From Chrysomallon squamiferum (Eukaryota > Animalia > Mollusca), in the NCBI GenBank assembly GCA_012295275.1, contig CM022679.1, positions 17,174,001 to 17,238,000 of the forward strand: a DNA stretch of 64,000 nt, in the 5' to 3' direction. The translations under genes and the position numbers were made by a program. The notes below the pieces were generated by a model. That model searched no databases, was not told the DNA's origin, and worked only from the letters and a program-made list of their open reading frames with translations. The number at the start of each line of letters is the position of its first letter. The first letter of the stretch is position 1. Positions 42,086 through 55,386 of the stretch are shown piece after piece.

Positions 42086-45000
42086 CATCTTTTGTAATTT
42101 GCCATCTGTACTAATTAAAATTAAGAATAACTATTCAAAAAGACATAAAAATAATTTATTTTTAAAAACTGCTCCAAGATTATATGATCACAAACCAAAA
42201 TTCTGGATAATTGCTGATGATTCTTTAAATGACTGGTTTAATGTTGTCAGGGGATTAGACAATACCATTACAAAAACAGTAAGAAACAAAACAAAAGAGA
42301 ACAAACAAATGGTGTTGTTTGAATATATATATATAAAATAATAATAATAAATAAATTTAAAAAATGCACATGACATGTTATTCTTTTAATTATTTATTAT
42401 TTTCTTTAGATATTAAAAAAAAAAAAAATTGACAGTTATAAAGTAGAATATTGAAAACAAGATATTATTTATATGTAGTGTAATAGATAAACTCTTGCTG
42501 TCAGTTTTATACACTTTTGATAGTTGTTTATATTGTGAAGGTTTACTGAGAAAAGGACAAGACCACAGCTGTGAGTTGTCAGGAAATTAGAAATATTGAT
42601 AGCAATTGTGGAGAGATGACATACGTATACACTCAACTGTCAGCGGGCTTTTCAGTTCCAGGGACCAGCGTAGATCCACTAATTAAATTACAAGTGAGAC
42701 TTGCTGGACACTTGCTTGACCTGACTTAATGTGATTTCACATTTATTTCACCCTGGCAAGTGATAGTGTCCTCAGAGGTATTGCTTGGTGCCAGAGATCA
42801 TTACTCTGTGGTGATGTTAGTGTGCATCCTCATTTCTTAATAACTAGAATCTTCTCTTAAAACTAACCTTTAGTTATACAGTGGTGGTTAAACTATTCCA
42901 CAGTATCCATCTAAAGTTTTCTTGAAATAAAGAATTACTAAAAGAATACTCCACAAGTAGAAGCTCATTTTATGATGTATATGTCAGATACATATAAGTA
43001 TATTTTTTAAATGATGTTTATTGTTCATTTGATGGAAAGAATCCTGAAAATAACTGTTATTTATTATTATTATTACCAGTAATGCTCCATTATTTTCTTG
43101 CTGTTTAACTGTTTTTCCAGTTACTGATTACAGTGAATTATTATAATTGCAAAGTTTTTACAAATGTATGAAATCTGTGACCAACTTTGAAATGTTGTCA
43201 TACATTTTTGTGATATAATCGAAATATAGTGTCTATAACACATTTGTAAATTTTACAGGTATTTTATTAGTTTTTCTATCACTCTCTAAAAGATTATTTA
43301 TTATTTGAATTAACATTGCTGTCATCCATGTATGGCACATTTAATCACTTTTCTTTGGAAATAGTGCAGATTTCATAAAGCAGAAGAACTGAAAAGAAAA
43401 TACTAAAAGTAAAAATGTAGAACAGAAATACATTTTTACATGCTAATGAAATTTCTTGAGAATAACTGGAATTATTTCTTTCTGTGATTATTAATAACCA
43501 GGTTTTAATTTTACTTCACAGTATTAAAAGAAGGTTTCTGTGGAAAAGAAAAGTACTGATAGACACTGTGTATCAGAAGATACAAATTTATCAAGAATAA
43601 TGGTGGACTAATTTCACTGCTACTTTTAATCAAAGATTAATCCTTCATTCTAAACATGTTTAAAACTTGGTGGATATTTTCATTTTATTTGTTTTGCTTT
43701 AAAATTGAGAAGAAGAAAAATTAGAAAGAAAAAATAATAATTTAAAAAAGTAAATAAATAAATAAAAATATTAAATAAATAAATAAATAAATGAATAAAA
43801 AATAAAAAAATAATTGGAAGATAAAAAAATTGGTAAACTATAGGGAAAGAAATCAAAATTAGTTTTACAAAAATAAATGCATGTTAGGTTGAAATTGCCT
43901 CCATGCTGATTGCTTTTGAAACCAATTCCAAATTGTAAAAACTATTCTCTGTCGGAAGTCATTTGGAAAAGTCTCTTAACATAACCTGAACTAGTTGTAA
44001 CATAATCTTAACCACAACATTTCTTTCAAATAAAGATGCTATCAAGTGTTTGTAAGCTGTAAGAAAAATGTAAAACAGTGCCAAAGAACTGTCAAAATAA
44101 ATTTATACAGGTATGTATCAAATTGTTTGGGGGAAAAAAAAGCCAGAATTTCACCAAGTTATGCTCTTTTAACAAAATATCCATTGCTTACAGTTTTAAT
44201 TTGTATTAAAAACTGTTTAATAAATATCAGAGCAATATCATTAAATTGTGATATAAATCAATATCTGGTAAGTTGTGATGTCGTCTACTATCTAAAATCA
44301 TATATTTCCAGCTAAAAACAGCATTTTGTAAAAAGTGAAGAAAAGATAAACTGAAAATAACAGCACTTAATGTTATTTGTTACTGTATTTTATTTACAGT
44401 ATAAAAATAAAAATAAATGAAATTCTTCTTTTACAAAAATGTTTGAAATTCCTCTTTGTTTTAAAGAGCACATCACTTATTTATAATGACGTTTGATAGA
44501 ATAAATATTTGTAAAAATAAAACACATAGCTGAGAGATAAAACAAATATTTTTAGTTTAAGAAGAAGTAAAATTGAAACGATGTTATTAACTGTTTGAGT
44601 GACTTCATTGATAGCTACAGCAGTCATAGTTTTGACTTCTGTATGTATCTGTGGGTATCATTTTATCAGATACAATTTACAGTAGTTACTTATAATCTCC
44701 AATGTATCATCTCTTTAAATTTTTACCATCTGTTGACAACACACACATCAGTAGGGAAGAGTTTGAAATAAAAAGCAGTGTTAATTAAAAATCAGAAGGA
44801 AAAATTATTATTATTATTGATTTACTTACCTGTTGTCACAGGACACCTAATTAAGTAGGTAATCTCTATCTAGTCTGTTTAATTACTAGAATACCAAAAC
44901 TTCCTAGTCAGCCACACTTCTTTATACCTCATGATCATTAAGCAATCACATTCATTTTTTTTTCATTTTTTTCATTATTCTACATAAATGTACTGTCATT

Positions 45001-45315
45001 ATGAAGACATGATTGTCTATTGTGAATGTGTATAGTTATTTGTGTACAGAATGAGACAAGAAAAAAGACATCTATTCAACATCTAGCTTCATTCTAATGA
45101 ACATCCAAGTTAGTGGCAGTGACATTGTGTTTATGTAATGTTGTGCAATTAATCCCATAAGCCAGCTCTTCCTGCAATGGCATTAATAATAGACACATTC
45201 CCAGCATCACATGTTGTGAAACCTCCATTAGAGAAAAGCTTTTCTGTTGCAGATAAAAGTTTTGGTATATGTGTATGTAGGGATCAATAGTAATGCTGGA
45301 TTATTTCTGGTCTGT

Positions 45316-45317
<2 letters not shown>

Positions 45318-45401
<84 letters not shown>
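45318..45401. repeat. (TG)n(GA)n microsatellite
   Basis: Direct reading. Confidence 0.95.
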
Positions 45402-45402
<1 letters not shown>

Positions 45403-45817
45403 ACTTTTCCAAAATTAAAAAGGATGATTAAAATGTATTTTGCTGCAGTATGTGTTTTTTTTTTTTTTTCTGTTAATATAAATTCAGAATAATTGGTTGT
45501 CATAATAAAAAGGCCACATGTTATGTGTTTGTAAACATTATACAAATCAACTATATAATCCAAATATAATTTTTGGCATATTAAATCAAGAACATGGGTG
45601 TTTTTATTTATGAATGTTTGTGTAGATGATGGACATATAAATTTGAAATTTTGAATTTATATTATTCATATGGAAAGTATAAAGAATGACATACACTTCT
45701 TACATATTTGTATATGTCTAATACCTTGCAGTAAAAAAATTACTACTACTATCAAAACTAGCACTGCCAACATTAACACTGCAGTGCTGTGTACTATTGA
45801 TACTGTTGTTTTTGTAG

Positions 45818-45933
45818 GGTGCTTTGAGATGAATGTTACACAACTAGTGTACACCAGTACCTACAATGTAGTGTTTGGAGGTCAGGTCATCATCAATGGT
45901 GATGAGACTTTACCTTATCTGTCAGATGACAAG
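45818..45933 (+). CDS. SDR42E1: SDR42E1-like exon: (G)CFEMNVTQLVYTSTYNVVFGGQVIINGDETLPYLSDDK
   Basis: Acceptor gtttttgtag|, donor AAG|gtaagt. LVYTST carries the catalytic Ser region; NGDExLPY is typical of SDR42E. Confidence 0.95.
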
Positions 45934-46244
45934 GTAAGTTGTTAGTTTTTTTATCTCATGTTTGGATGGGAAGATGAACGTCATATATGATATGAGCCAT
46001 TTTATATATATTTTTCTTCAAAAGAATTCAGTTTGAAACCTAACCCTGATAAAATCTCAAAGAAAGTTAGAGTTGAAGTACTTGGGTACTTTTAAATGTG
46101 ATCCCTACAAAAATAAATAGTTTGAAATACAAACTGTACCTTTAAAAAAAAGTTATGTTTTCGTACTTACATGATGCATTCAAAAATGATTTATAAAATG
46201 GCATATTTATATTTTGTTTCTTTACTTATTATTTTATATTCCTC

Positions 46245-46315
46245 ATTTCTGGTATATCAAGTATTTGTTTTCCTGTCTTTGGGAATGTGTGTTTTAATGA
46301 TCCATGCTGATATTC
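46245..46315 (+). mobile_element. SINE-like fragment
   Basis: ctggtatatcaagtatttgttttcctgtctttgggaatgtg resembles the same family segment. Confidence 0.4.
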
Positions 46316-47175
46316 AAAAACAATAGTCATGGAGTGGACAGTGCAGGTTTCTGTTCTAAAGTGATCATTATTCACCCACACACACACACATTCACACATC
46401 TACACACAGTAGTTAACATGCTGACATATACTTACACATTCACATGTACACACAGACACACACTTTCTTTGTCTGTCTCAGACATGCACTAATTAAAGTT
46501 TGACATTCATACAACTGTTAATATATATGCAGACTGATATCATTAACAAAAATTCACCCAGACACCCTGACACCTAAAAGCCAGCGAACATTGTGTACTG
46601 TGAATATTTCCTTAACCATGATGATTAACAAGTATCTGATTGTTACACATGACATACCAATGTCTTACAAAAAGAGAATGCACCGATTAAGATCTTTAAA
46701 GTGAGGTTGATCAACTTATGTTTCCAGTGGTTGGGTTAGAACAGAAAATGCTAATGAAATAAGAATTCATTGAAGTAGAGAAATAGATGTACTAACCTGA
46801 TTTAGTTATTGATTGTTCTAAGCTGATCAACTGATTGTGTCAAGATAGGACAGAAAATACAATTACATTGGAGACTTGTGTTTTAGTAATTGTTTTTATT
46901 TTCACTATAATTAAATCTGATGGAAAGGTTTTTGTCTTTGCAAACATTTGAAGAAACTATTTTGTAGACTTTAGAAAAAGATAAATTAATCTGAATGCTG
47001 AATACTTTGATATTTGTTTCAATTCTGAGCTATCTGAAAATGCTTTACTAAAAATAAAGTTTATTTATCTTTGAGAGCAAGACTTCAGAAAAAAATGGAC
47101 GATTATGTATAGATTATTTTAAATAAAATTTTGAAATTACAGCAAATTAAATATTTTTATGAAATTTTTTATTAT

Positions 47176-47180
<5 letters not shown>

Positions 47181-47209
<29 letters not shown>

Positions 47210-47210
47210 T

Positions 47211-47253
<43 letters not shown>
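47181..47253. repeat. (TTA)n(TA)n microsatellite ~70 nt upstream of the catalytic-exon acceptor
   Basis: Direct reading. Confidence 0.95.
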
Positions 47254-47256
<3 letters not shown>

Positions 47257-47324
47257 ATATTTCACTGAAAGTAAACTTTCTGTTATTTTGATTTGTGAAA
47301 AATTATAAACAGTTTTGCACTCAG

Positions 47325-47483
47325 TTTACAGATTACTATTCTAAAACAAAGAAGGAGGCAGAAAAGAAAGTTCTGGCAGCTGATGGGGTTCACACAAAAG
47401 ATGGATCCTGTCTTCACACATGTGCTCTTCGACTGGCTGGTATTTATGGACCCGGAGAACAACGAACATATCCCAGAATTGTT
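47325..47483 (+). CDS. SDR42E1: SDR42E1-like exon with catalytic YxxxK: FTDYYSKTKKEAEKKVLAADG...TCALRLAGIYGPGEQRTYPRIV
   Basis: Acceptor ttttgcactcag|, donor GTT|gtgagt, 53 codons. Contains the YSKTK active-site motif and GIYGPGE. Confidence 0.95.
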
Positions 47484-48055
47484 GTGAGTTTTACTTTACT
47501 CTTTTCTTGGACAGAATTTTCTGGTGATGTCAAATACCTATGACAGGCATATTTCTGAAGGAAGCAGAATTAGTCATCTTCTTTTATTTTCATTTTACTG
47601 TGGGGTTTTTCATTGTACCTATGGCAGGCATACTTGAACATTTTTCTACAGGAAACAATTTAAACATCTACCTTTACACATATCTGCATCTTTATCCTGC
47701 TTTTTCTACGAATAAATTTCACATGGTGAATGTCATAAACAAAATGGTGACAGTTTCTGTTTTTCAGGCTTGTCTGGTATATTTAGTCTAGTATAGATAC
47801 AAATGTTTCTAAGATAACCATATGTATTTATAAATATTTCTTTTTGCATTAAGATTAAAGCTATTCCTATAGTTTTCATTTATTATACATTATAATTATA
47901 TATGGTTTGGTATTCTAATTACTGAAATTATCTTTAACAGTTCAAATAATTTCTGGTAGCTCAGATTATCTTGAAGCATGTCATTTAAGTAAGGTTAAAA
48001 GAAATTGCCATATAAAGGAAAAGAATATTTAGTCAATTATATTACAAAAGAAAAC

Positions 48056-48127
48056 CACACACACACAGACACACACACATGCACATACAACAATTCTTAT
48101 ATACACACACACACATGTATACAATAT

Positions 48128-48209
<82 letters not shown>

Positions 48210-48308
48210 TATATACATTCATATATTCTTATATACATACATCCCTACATGCATCCCTACATACATCTCTACATCCTTACATATATATCCATGCATGCAC
48301 ACACCTAC

Positions 48309-48357
<49 letters not shown>
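48056..48357. repeat. Compound (CA)n(TA)n(GA)n(TACA)n microsatellite cluster
   Basis: Direct reading. Source of several low-complexity ORFs. Confidence 0.95.
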
Positions 48358-48358
<1 letters not shown>

Positions 48359-48896
48359 CACACAGTCATACATAAATGCATGCATACATATAGTATATAC
48401 AAAATATAGATATGATGAGTGTAGGGTCAGTATGTGACATTAATGTAGATGTAGCAGAGTTGATTACAGCAGGCTTAACAAGCAGGATATCCAACATATT
48501 ACTTGTACTGGCAAAATCTGGTGCAGTCACTTTTTGAAAATAATCATTGTTGACATTCACTAAATTACCTTTGCACAGTAATATGCAGAAATATTTTTAG
48601 CTATATATTTGCTTAAGCCAATAAGATTTTTTTTTTTTTTTTAATGTATGGAAAGTTCATACATTTTTTTAGATATTTAACCTTCTTGACTGAATATTTG
48701 TTTACATATGGTCAAAATTAATCAGAGTAAAGGATTTAATATATTCTTGTAGGGAATAGTTATCTGATTTAACTGCAAAAAAGTGATGTCATGTTTTGAG
48801 TCTTTTCTAAATACTGGATTATGAAAACATATAACTGACATCCTGTTAGTAATTATCAAAAATATTGTTAATATTTCATCATATTTTACTGGTTTT

Positions 48897-49578
48897 AATT
48901 ATTGAGATCTGTAAAACCATCCTGTTTCTAATTATTAAGATCATCTGTAACACCATCCTGATTCTAATTATTGAGATTATCTGCAACACCATCCTGTTTC
49001 TAATTATTGAGATTATCTCTAACACCATCCTGTTTATAATTATTGAGATTATCTGTAACACCATCCTGTTTCTAATTATTGAGATTATCTGTAACACCAT
49101 CCTGTTTCTAATTATTGAGATTATCTGCAACACCATCCTGTTTCTAATTATTAGGATTATCTGTAACACCATCCTGTTTCTAATTATTGAGATTATCTGT
49201 AACACCATCCTGTTTCTAATTATTAGGATTATCTGTAACACCATCCTGTTTCTAATTATTGAGATTATCTGTAACACCATCCTGTTTCTAATTATTAGGA
49301 TTATCTATAACACCATCCTGTTTCTAATTATTAGGATTATCTGTAACACCATCCTGTTTCTAATTATTGAGATTATCTATAACACCATCCTGTTTCTAAT
49401 TATTAGGATTATCTGTAACACCATCCTGTTTCTAATTATTGAGATTATCTATAACACCATCCTGTTTCTAATTATTAGGATTATCTGTAACACCATCCTG
49501 TTTCTAATAATTAAGATTATCTGTAACACCATCCTGTTTCTAATAATTAGGATTATTTGTAACACTATTTCTAATTAT
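48897..49578. repeat. 36-bp minisatellite, ~19 copies (gagattatctgtaacaccatcctgtttctaattatt)
   Basis: Direct head-to-tail units without spacers. gag/agg and tgt/tat variants partly alternate. The flanks carry decayed units. Confidence 0.97.
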
Positions 49579-50002
49579 TGATATTATTTCAGTTGATAGT
49601 ATTTCTAATAATTTACATTATTTATTTATTTATTTATTTTTTTGAAGTAAATTAAATTTTCTACAATGCCAGGAATGTGTGACTGTGTAACCCAGACTTT
49701 GTGACTATAATCAATCATCTAACATGACTTCTCATAAGACCAATCGATTAGTTATCATACATAAAAATTTCTCACTCTACTGATGCTTCCTGTGTAAGAT
49801 GAAGTGATAAAGATGAGAAGGTGCCAGAACAGAGGAATATTTTAAGTCAGGAGGAAGCTCTCTCATCCCTCATTCCCAGCAATGTGTAGGAATTTGAGCA
49901 CAGATATCATAAAAGCAATTACAGAGCCAGAAATCTGACAGAGGAAATAAATGAAAATTGCACTTCATTTCATAAGTGGTGGAGAAAATTCTAAATATTT
50001 AT

Positions 50003-50004
<2 letters not shown>

Positions 50005-50038
<34 letters not shown>
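50005..50038. repeat. Poly(T) tract
   Basis: Direct reading. Confidence 0.9.
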
Positions 50039-50039
<1 letters not shown>

Positions 50040-51649
50040 ATGTTGGTAATATTAAGATTGCTAGGATTTGTAGTGGCTTGGTTTAGGATCATTTTCAGTT
50101 TCTTTCAGCTTAATTTAAACTCTTTCTGTAATCCATTATTTTAGTTAAGGTTTAAAAAAATATGTATTTTGATAAAAATATTGTAAGACATTGTATTATC
50201 TCCTATATAAAATAAAAGTTATTAAAAAAGAAAAAAAGAAAAGAAAATGAAAACTAAATTAAGAAATAAGCATTCCAATTTTTATTAAGATTATATTGTA
50301 AGGTTTATCTCAATTTCATATTTAATACTAACTGCAAATTTAAAAACAATTCTTTTTAATATTCAAAATCTTTTCATAATTCAAGACATCATTATATTAA
50401 TGTGTCCCTGCAACTCCATAATAAATTTCAGGTGAAATACAATTTCCATTCCTGATTTCACATAAAAATATTTCCAGTTGATCTAAAGGAGAGAATTGAG
50501 ATTTTAATCCTGTTGATGATTTAGTCTCTGCTATTGTAAACATAGAGTCTTGTTTTAGATCACTAATGGTAATTGTTGATAAGTAGAAATACTTGAATCA
50601 CACTAAATAAAACATTTACTAATAAATTCAAAGATCAAATGTTCAAGAGGTTCCACATTTTCATTGATTTTTTTTTTGTTGTTGAAATTATTAATTTATT
50701 TATTTATATTATGATAAACGCAGCATCAGTAAATAATCGGGCATAGTATAATAACATTATCTTTATCTTTATTTTTATTTCATTATTATTATAGTTGTTG
50801 CTGTTGTTATATAGTAGAATTTCATCTCAAGGTCAAAGAGGTCAGATATAAATTGTGATGAGAAAATAATTTGTTGGAATAAAATTCAGTTATCATCTGC
50901 CATCTCTGTAACTGTTAATCAAATATTTCACACTAAATGTTTTATCAGTCTGATCTGAGAAAGTATTAAATTAAATTATGCTGAATTACATTTTGTGGAC
51001 TATTAGAAATCCTAGAGAGTGATGCATCACTACATATTTTCATTTACACTGTCAGGTCATGGACATTCAGATTAGCAGTCTTTGAAATAAGTGAAGTCCA
51101 ATTTGCGTTATCCATCAATTATGTTGTTACATGTCACTGCTGTTTATATGTATTATATCTGACTGGCTTTAGCTCTCTACTGAGTGACAGGGTTCTGTAA
51201 ATAAATATTCTAACTTTTTTCATAAACACTTACACATTTAGATATATATATATATATTTCTATGTACATACATAATTACACATACGTATATAAATATTAT
51301 ACGTAAAAAAGACTGCGAACTCACACTTAATTTGCTTATCATTCGTAATATGAGTATTATTACATTTACTAGGTAAGTTACCAGGAACTGTGTACACTTA
51401 TCAGCTTAACATACTTAATATGAGAGTTACTAGTGTTATCAGGAACTGAGTAGGCCTACAGTTTAAACTAGGTAAAATCTGTTGTGCTTATTAGACCTGT
51501 GGTGTGATCTGTCATTCAGCAGGTCATAACATTAAATTTTCATTAGTTTTTCATGAGATACAGCAAGGATTTTAATGATTAATATCAGCTCCAGTAAAGG
51601 ATCTCTGAATGTTTTCATCTCATAAAGGCTGCTGGTATATTTGATAACA

Positions 51650-51915
51650 GTAAGTCAATGATGCTTAGAATGCAGAGTGAGGTCCAATTTGCCAGAGGAT
51701 TGATCCTCTCCTGGGTGCAAAATTCCATCACAGACTGTGCCATGCAGTTTGTCTTATCAAAGACGAAGGTATGTTCTTTCTTGTCTGTCAAAGTGCATAC
51801 AAGAAATCTTTTTTCATTGCTTAGTAGGAGATTTCCTTTTTCTTTATATATTTTTGTATGGCTTTAACCACAGAATATTGAATTGTTTTAAATAAAACAT
51901 TTTTTCCTTCCTTCT
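51650..51915 (+). mobile_element. Near full-length decayed SINE-like copy
   Basis: Core ttatcaaagacgaaggtatgttctttcttgtctgtcaaagtgcatac and tail ttaaataaaacattttttccttccttc. Confidence 0.55.
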
Positions 51916-54900
51916 TGCATATAATGCCTTATGTTCCATATTTGATACATTAAAGTTAAATATGTGAGAAAGTTGGAGCATTTCACCTTGACAAGAAACC
52001 TGTTAAAACACCATTGATCCCATTGGAGAGTGCTGCACCAGAATTATAAGTTCTTGGTATTATAATTCGCTATGCAAATTATTTTGGGTATTTTACTCTC
52101 TGTCCTCACCTCCTTAAATCTATCTGGGAACCAGGAGGACTCATTAACAAAGTCCATTCAAGAGAAGACTGCCATTCAAAATGTCATATGTCTTAGTCAA
52201 ATAGACTGAGCATGCAAAACCAGAGCTGATTATATTGTATGTGTGAAAATACGCTGAAATAATTACTGTAACTTACCTGTGATTTTTTAAAAGTAAATCC
52301 TGTCTTTTGATGTGGACATCACATTGGCTGTATTCTTTTAGTCCCAGCTTTTCACCTGTTGCTAACTACAATATAATATTGCTCTTTTTAAAAAAAAATA
52401 GTGTTACTGTTATACAAACAGATCTGATCAAATCGTTGATTAATATTGTTTTCTGACAAATTTCATATTCATCTGGATGGGTACATGACTTTTGAGTCAG
52501 TGATCCAACTTTTCACTTGTTGATTTGCATACGAGTATTTCTCTTCACAAAGTGAACTGTTAGTGACACAGAGATATCAGTTCAGATCAATTGCTTTCAG
52601 ATTGTTATCTGACGAGTTTCTCATCTCATCCACTCACTGGCTGTGATCAGTGGAACCATCAAATCACATGCAGGGTCATTTTGTATAAACTAACTTGGAG
52701 GGGGAGGATCCCATAAGCAAACTTTTAGAGTACTTTTATTGATTTTGAATTCTTCAAGCTGTTGGGAGGAAACGGAGAAATATTTTCATCTTCTTCATTA
52801 TTGATTTGTCCAAGTAGGAAAATAAATTCTATTAATAAAGAGCAGTTTCCTCTGTGGAAGTTATTAGATCAGTGTCTGCTACACAAATACACTGCATGAG
52901 AATTAGTTATGACAGTATTGCTTTTAGTCAACTTCTCTGATCATATGTTGCTTAAGTAACAGGTCATTTGTAATTCTATACAATTTTTCAAATAATGCAT
53001 TTTACTTAAAAGTCAAACAAATTTTTATTCCTAGTGTATATTTTTTGTTATCTTGAATTATAAGATTTAACTGAGCAAGAGCTAACTGATATATGAATAA
53101 GTGTCATATGTTAATAACCATTGACTGATGAATGAATGAATATTTTTGTAATGATTATTGGGTATGAAACACTAGACACTGACAAAGCTTGTTTTCTTGT
53201 AATGGTATAAATAAACAGTTATACCATGGGGTAGTAACAGTTGTCTTGGTCAACAGGTCACTGTAGAATATCATGGAAAACAAGATTTATTGTTAATCAC
53301 AACTTTCTATTAACATTTTATTATCCTCTGTAATTTGTTAGTTTTAAAACATGATGGAAGCTTGCTAAATAACATTACCAGTATTTGGAAACAATAAAAA
53401 CAATGTTTAAACAGGATTTGTGAAGTTTCCTCCTTTTCATTTGTGTAATCAATTGGCTTTCTGTCAACATGAGCATATAATGAAACTACCATGTGAATAA
53501 ATCCTCTGTTTGTGACTGCTGTCTCAGGTCTTGTGATTTTCAGTGATATTTGTCTTAGACTGTTCTTGCATGTGTTTGACTTCTGCCTCCTGCTTGCATG
53601 TCAGCCTGTGTTTATTGAGTATAATTATGTTTGTGCTGCCCATACTGTGATTACTATAGGCCTAGGACAGACAATCACACACTATGTTTGCACTGATATG
53701 ATCATTGCCAGTGCTAGGACAAATGTAAATGTTCCATTTTTAACTTTTATTATTTCCCAATTTTTTTTATTGTAGATTACTTATTAAGAAAGAAACCATG
53801 GATAAATAATGGTTGGAAACAAATTACATTTTTTTTTCTTTCAGTATTTTTAATTAAAAATGTATCTTGAAAAGTCAGTTGTAGGAATCACTGGAAAATT
53901 TTTCTATTAATTCATCATTATTTATAATTGTCAAATCTAGGCCATAAAACTGATTTTAATTAAAACTAATCCTGAAACTTAACTTAAATCTATCTCTGTC
54001 TCTGACTCTGTTCCTGATGCTGACTCTTTGACTCTGATCCTATCCCTGACCACCACTCTAACTCAAACATGATACAACATTTAAATGAAAAACATTTTTA
54101 TATTTTTATTGGAGAAGAAGGAGTCAGATATTTGATTAAATTGATATGGAATCCTGTTTGTTTTCTTCTGTTAGATAACATGTGCTTTATTATCATGAAG
54201 TAAAAGATTCACTGCATGTTTCATCTTATTCTTCACAAATTTTTATATTAATACTTTTCTAAGCAGAATGTAAAATGATAAAAAGAAATTACCAGAAAAA
54301 AAAGAAGAGAAATACTTGATTCTATTTGTGTGAGAATTTTCAAAGTAATTTCATTCTCAATGTTTTCATTTGCATAGAATAATGAAAAAAGTTATTGAAA
54401 AAATCCAGTGTACTGAATTTTATATAAAAATATTTTTTTTATTTTATTTTTTTTATTTCTTGAGCCAAGTGATTGATTGAATTTACCACAGTATAAGATC
54501 TGCTGAGGGACATGACTTATTTTTACATGATGGTATAATGCAATATTTCACTGCACTCAGAAAAAATGCACAATGCATGACTTGATTGCATTACAGGATT
54601 CCATAAATCTCGAACAACTTATTGAGTGAGTTCAGTAAGCATAATTAAAGTCTTCTGATGCTGTTAACTGTTCTGATTGTCAGTGTTAGAAGCTGGCTGC
54701 CTTTCTTTATTACTGCCATAATTTTCACCATCTGCTTTAATTAGGTCCATTGGGATTGCTGTTCAAGAGGGGTGACTTTTTTGCCCAAATTTTGGTATGA
54801 GAAAAAAGCCATATTTTTGAAAATTTAACAAAATTACTTTTTAAATCATAAAATTCAAGTTATTATTTGTAGAGTTTTAAAATACTGGAATAAATAAGAG

Positions 54901-55280
54901 TAAATATTTTAAATTTTATTATTAAGAAAACTAAATTTCTATTTTTATACACAATTAGCTTAAGTAATTATTGTTGTGGTTTTAAATGTTTGTTTTTTTT
55001 TCTAATCAGAGGAATATAATTGGTTTATGAGAAATGTTGTGTTCATTCTGTCTGTAGAATGCTGTATTTAACATATAAACTGCTAAGAATAAATAGCATA
55101 AGCCCAAGAGTTAATTTTAATATACTGTTGTCATGAAAATGAAGAATAAGCAGCTTGAGATTTGGTGATGTGTACATTTATATACTATGCTGGTACACTT
55201 CAAATAAATATTTTAATATCCTCTGATTTTAATATTTTATTATTTTAATATTATTTTAATTTTTATTTTATGTAATTGTT

Positions 55281-55324
55281 TTAAATTTACAGTTTTATCT
55301 AGAATGAGGCATGGTGCTAGTAAC
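55281..55324 (+). pseudogene. Tandem-duplicated acceptor plus first ~32 nt of SDR42E1 exon 55387 (pseudo-exon with in-frame TGA)
   Basis: 39/44 nt identical to 55375-55418 (offset 94). The CGA codon has become TGA at 55305-55307. Confidence 0.85.
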
Positions 55325-55386
55325 AGACAGTGATTTTATTATTTTATTAATTAAAATTTTATGTGTATAAATATTTAAATTTACAG

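Noticed and set aside
47748-47791. Plus-strand acceptor ctgtttttcag| giving ACLVYLV*
   Set aside because: It stops after seven codons with no homology, and the SDR42E1 alignment is complete without it.
48865-49581. 238-aa ORF, or a CRISPR-like array of 36-bp repeats
   Set aside because: Units are contiguous with no unique spacers, there are no cas genes, and the context is a eukaryotic intron. The ORF is simply a repeat whose unit length is a multiple of 3.
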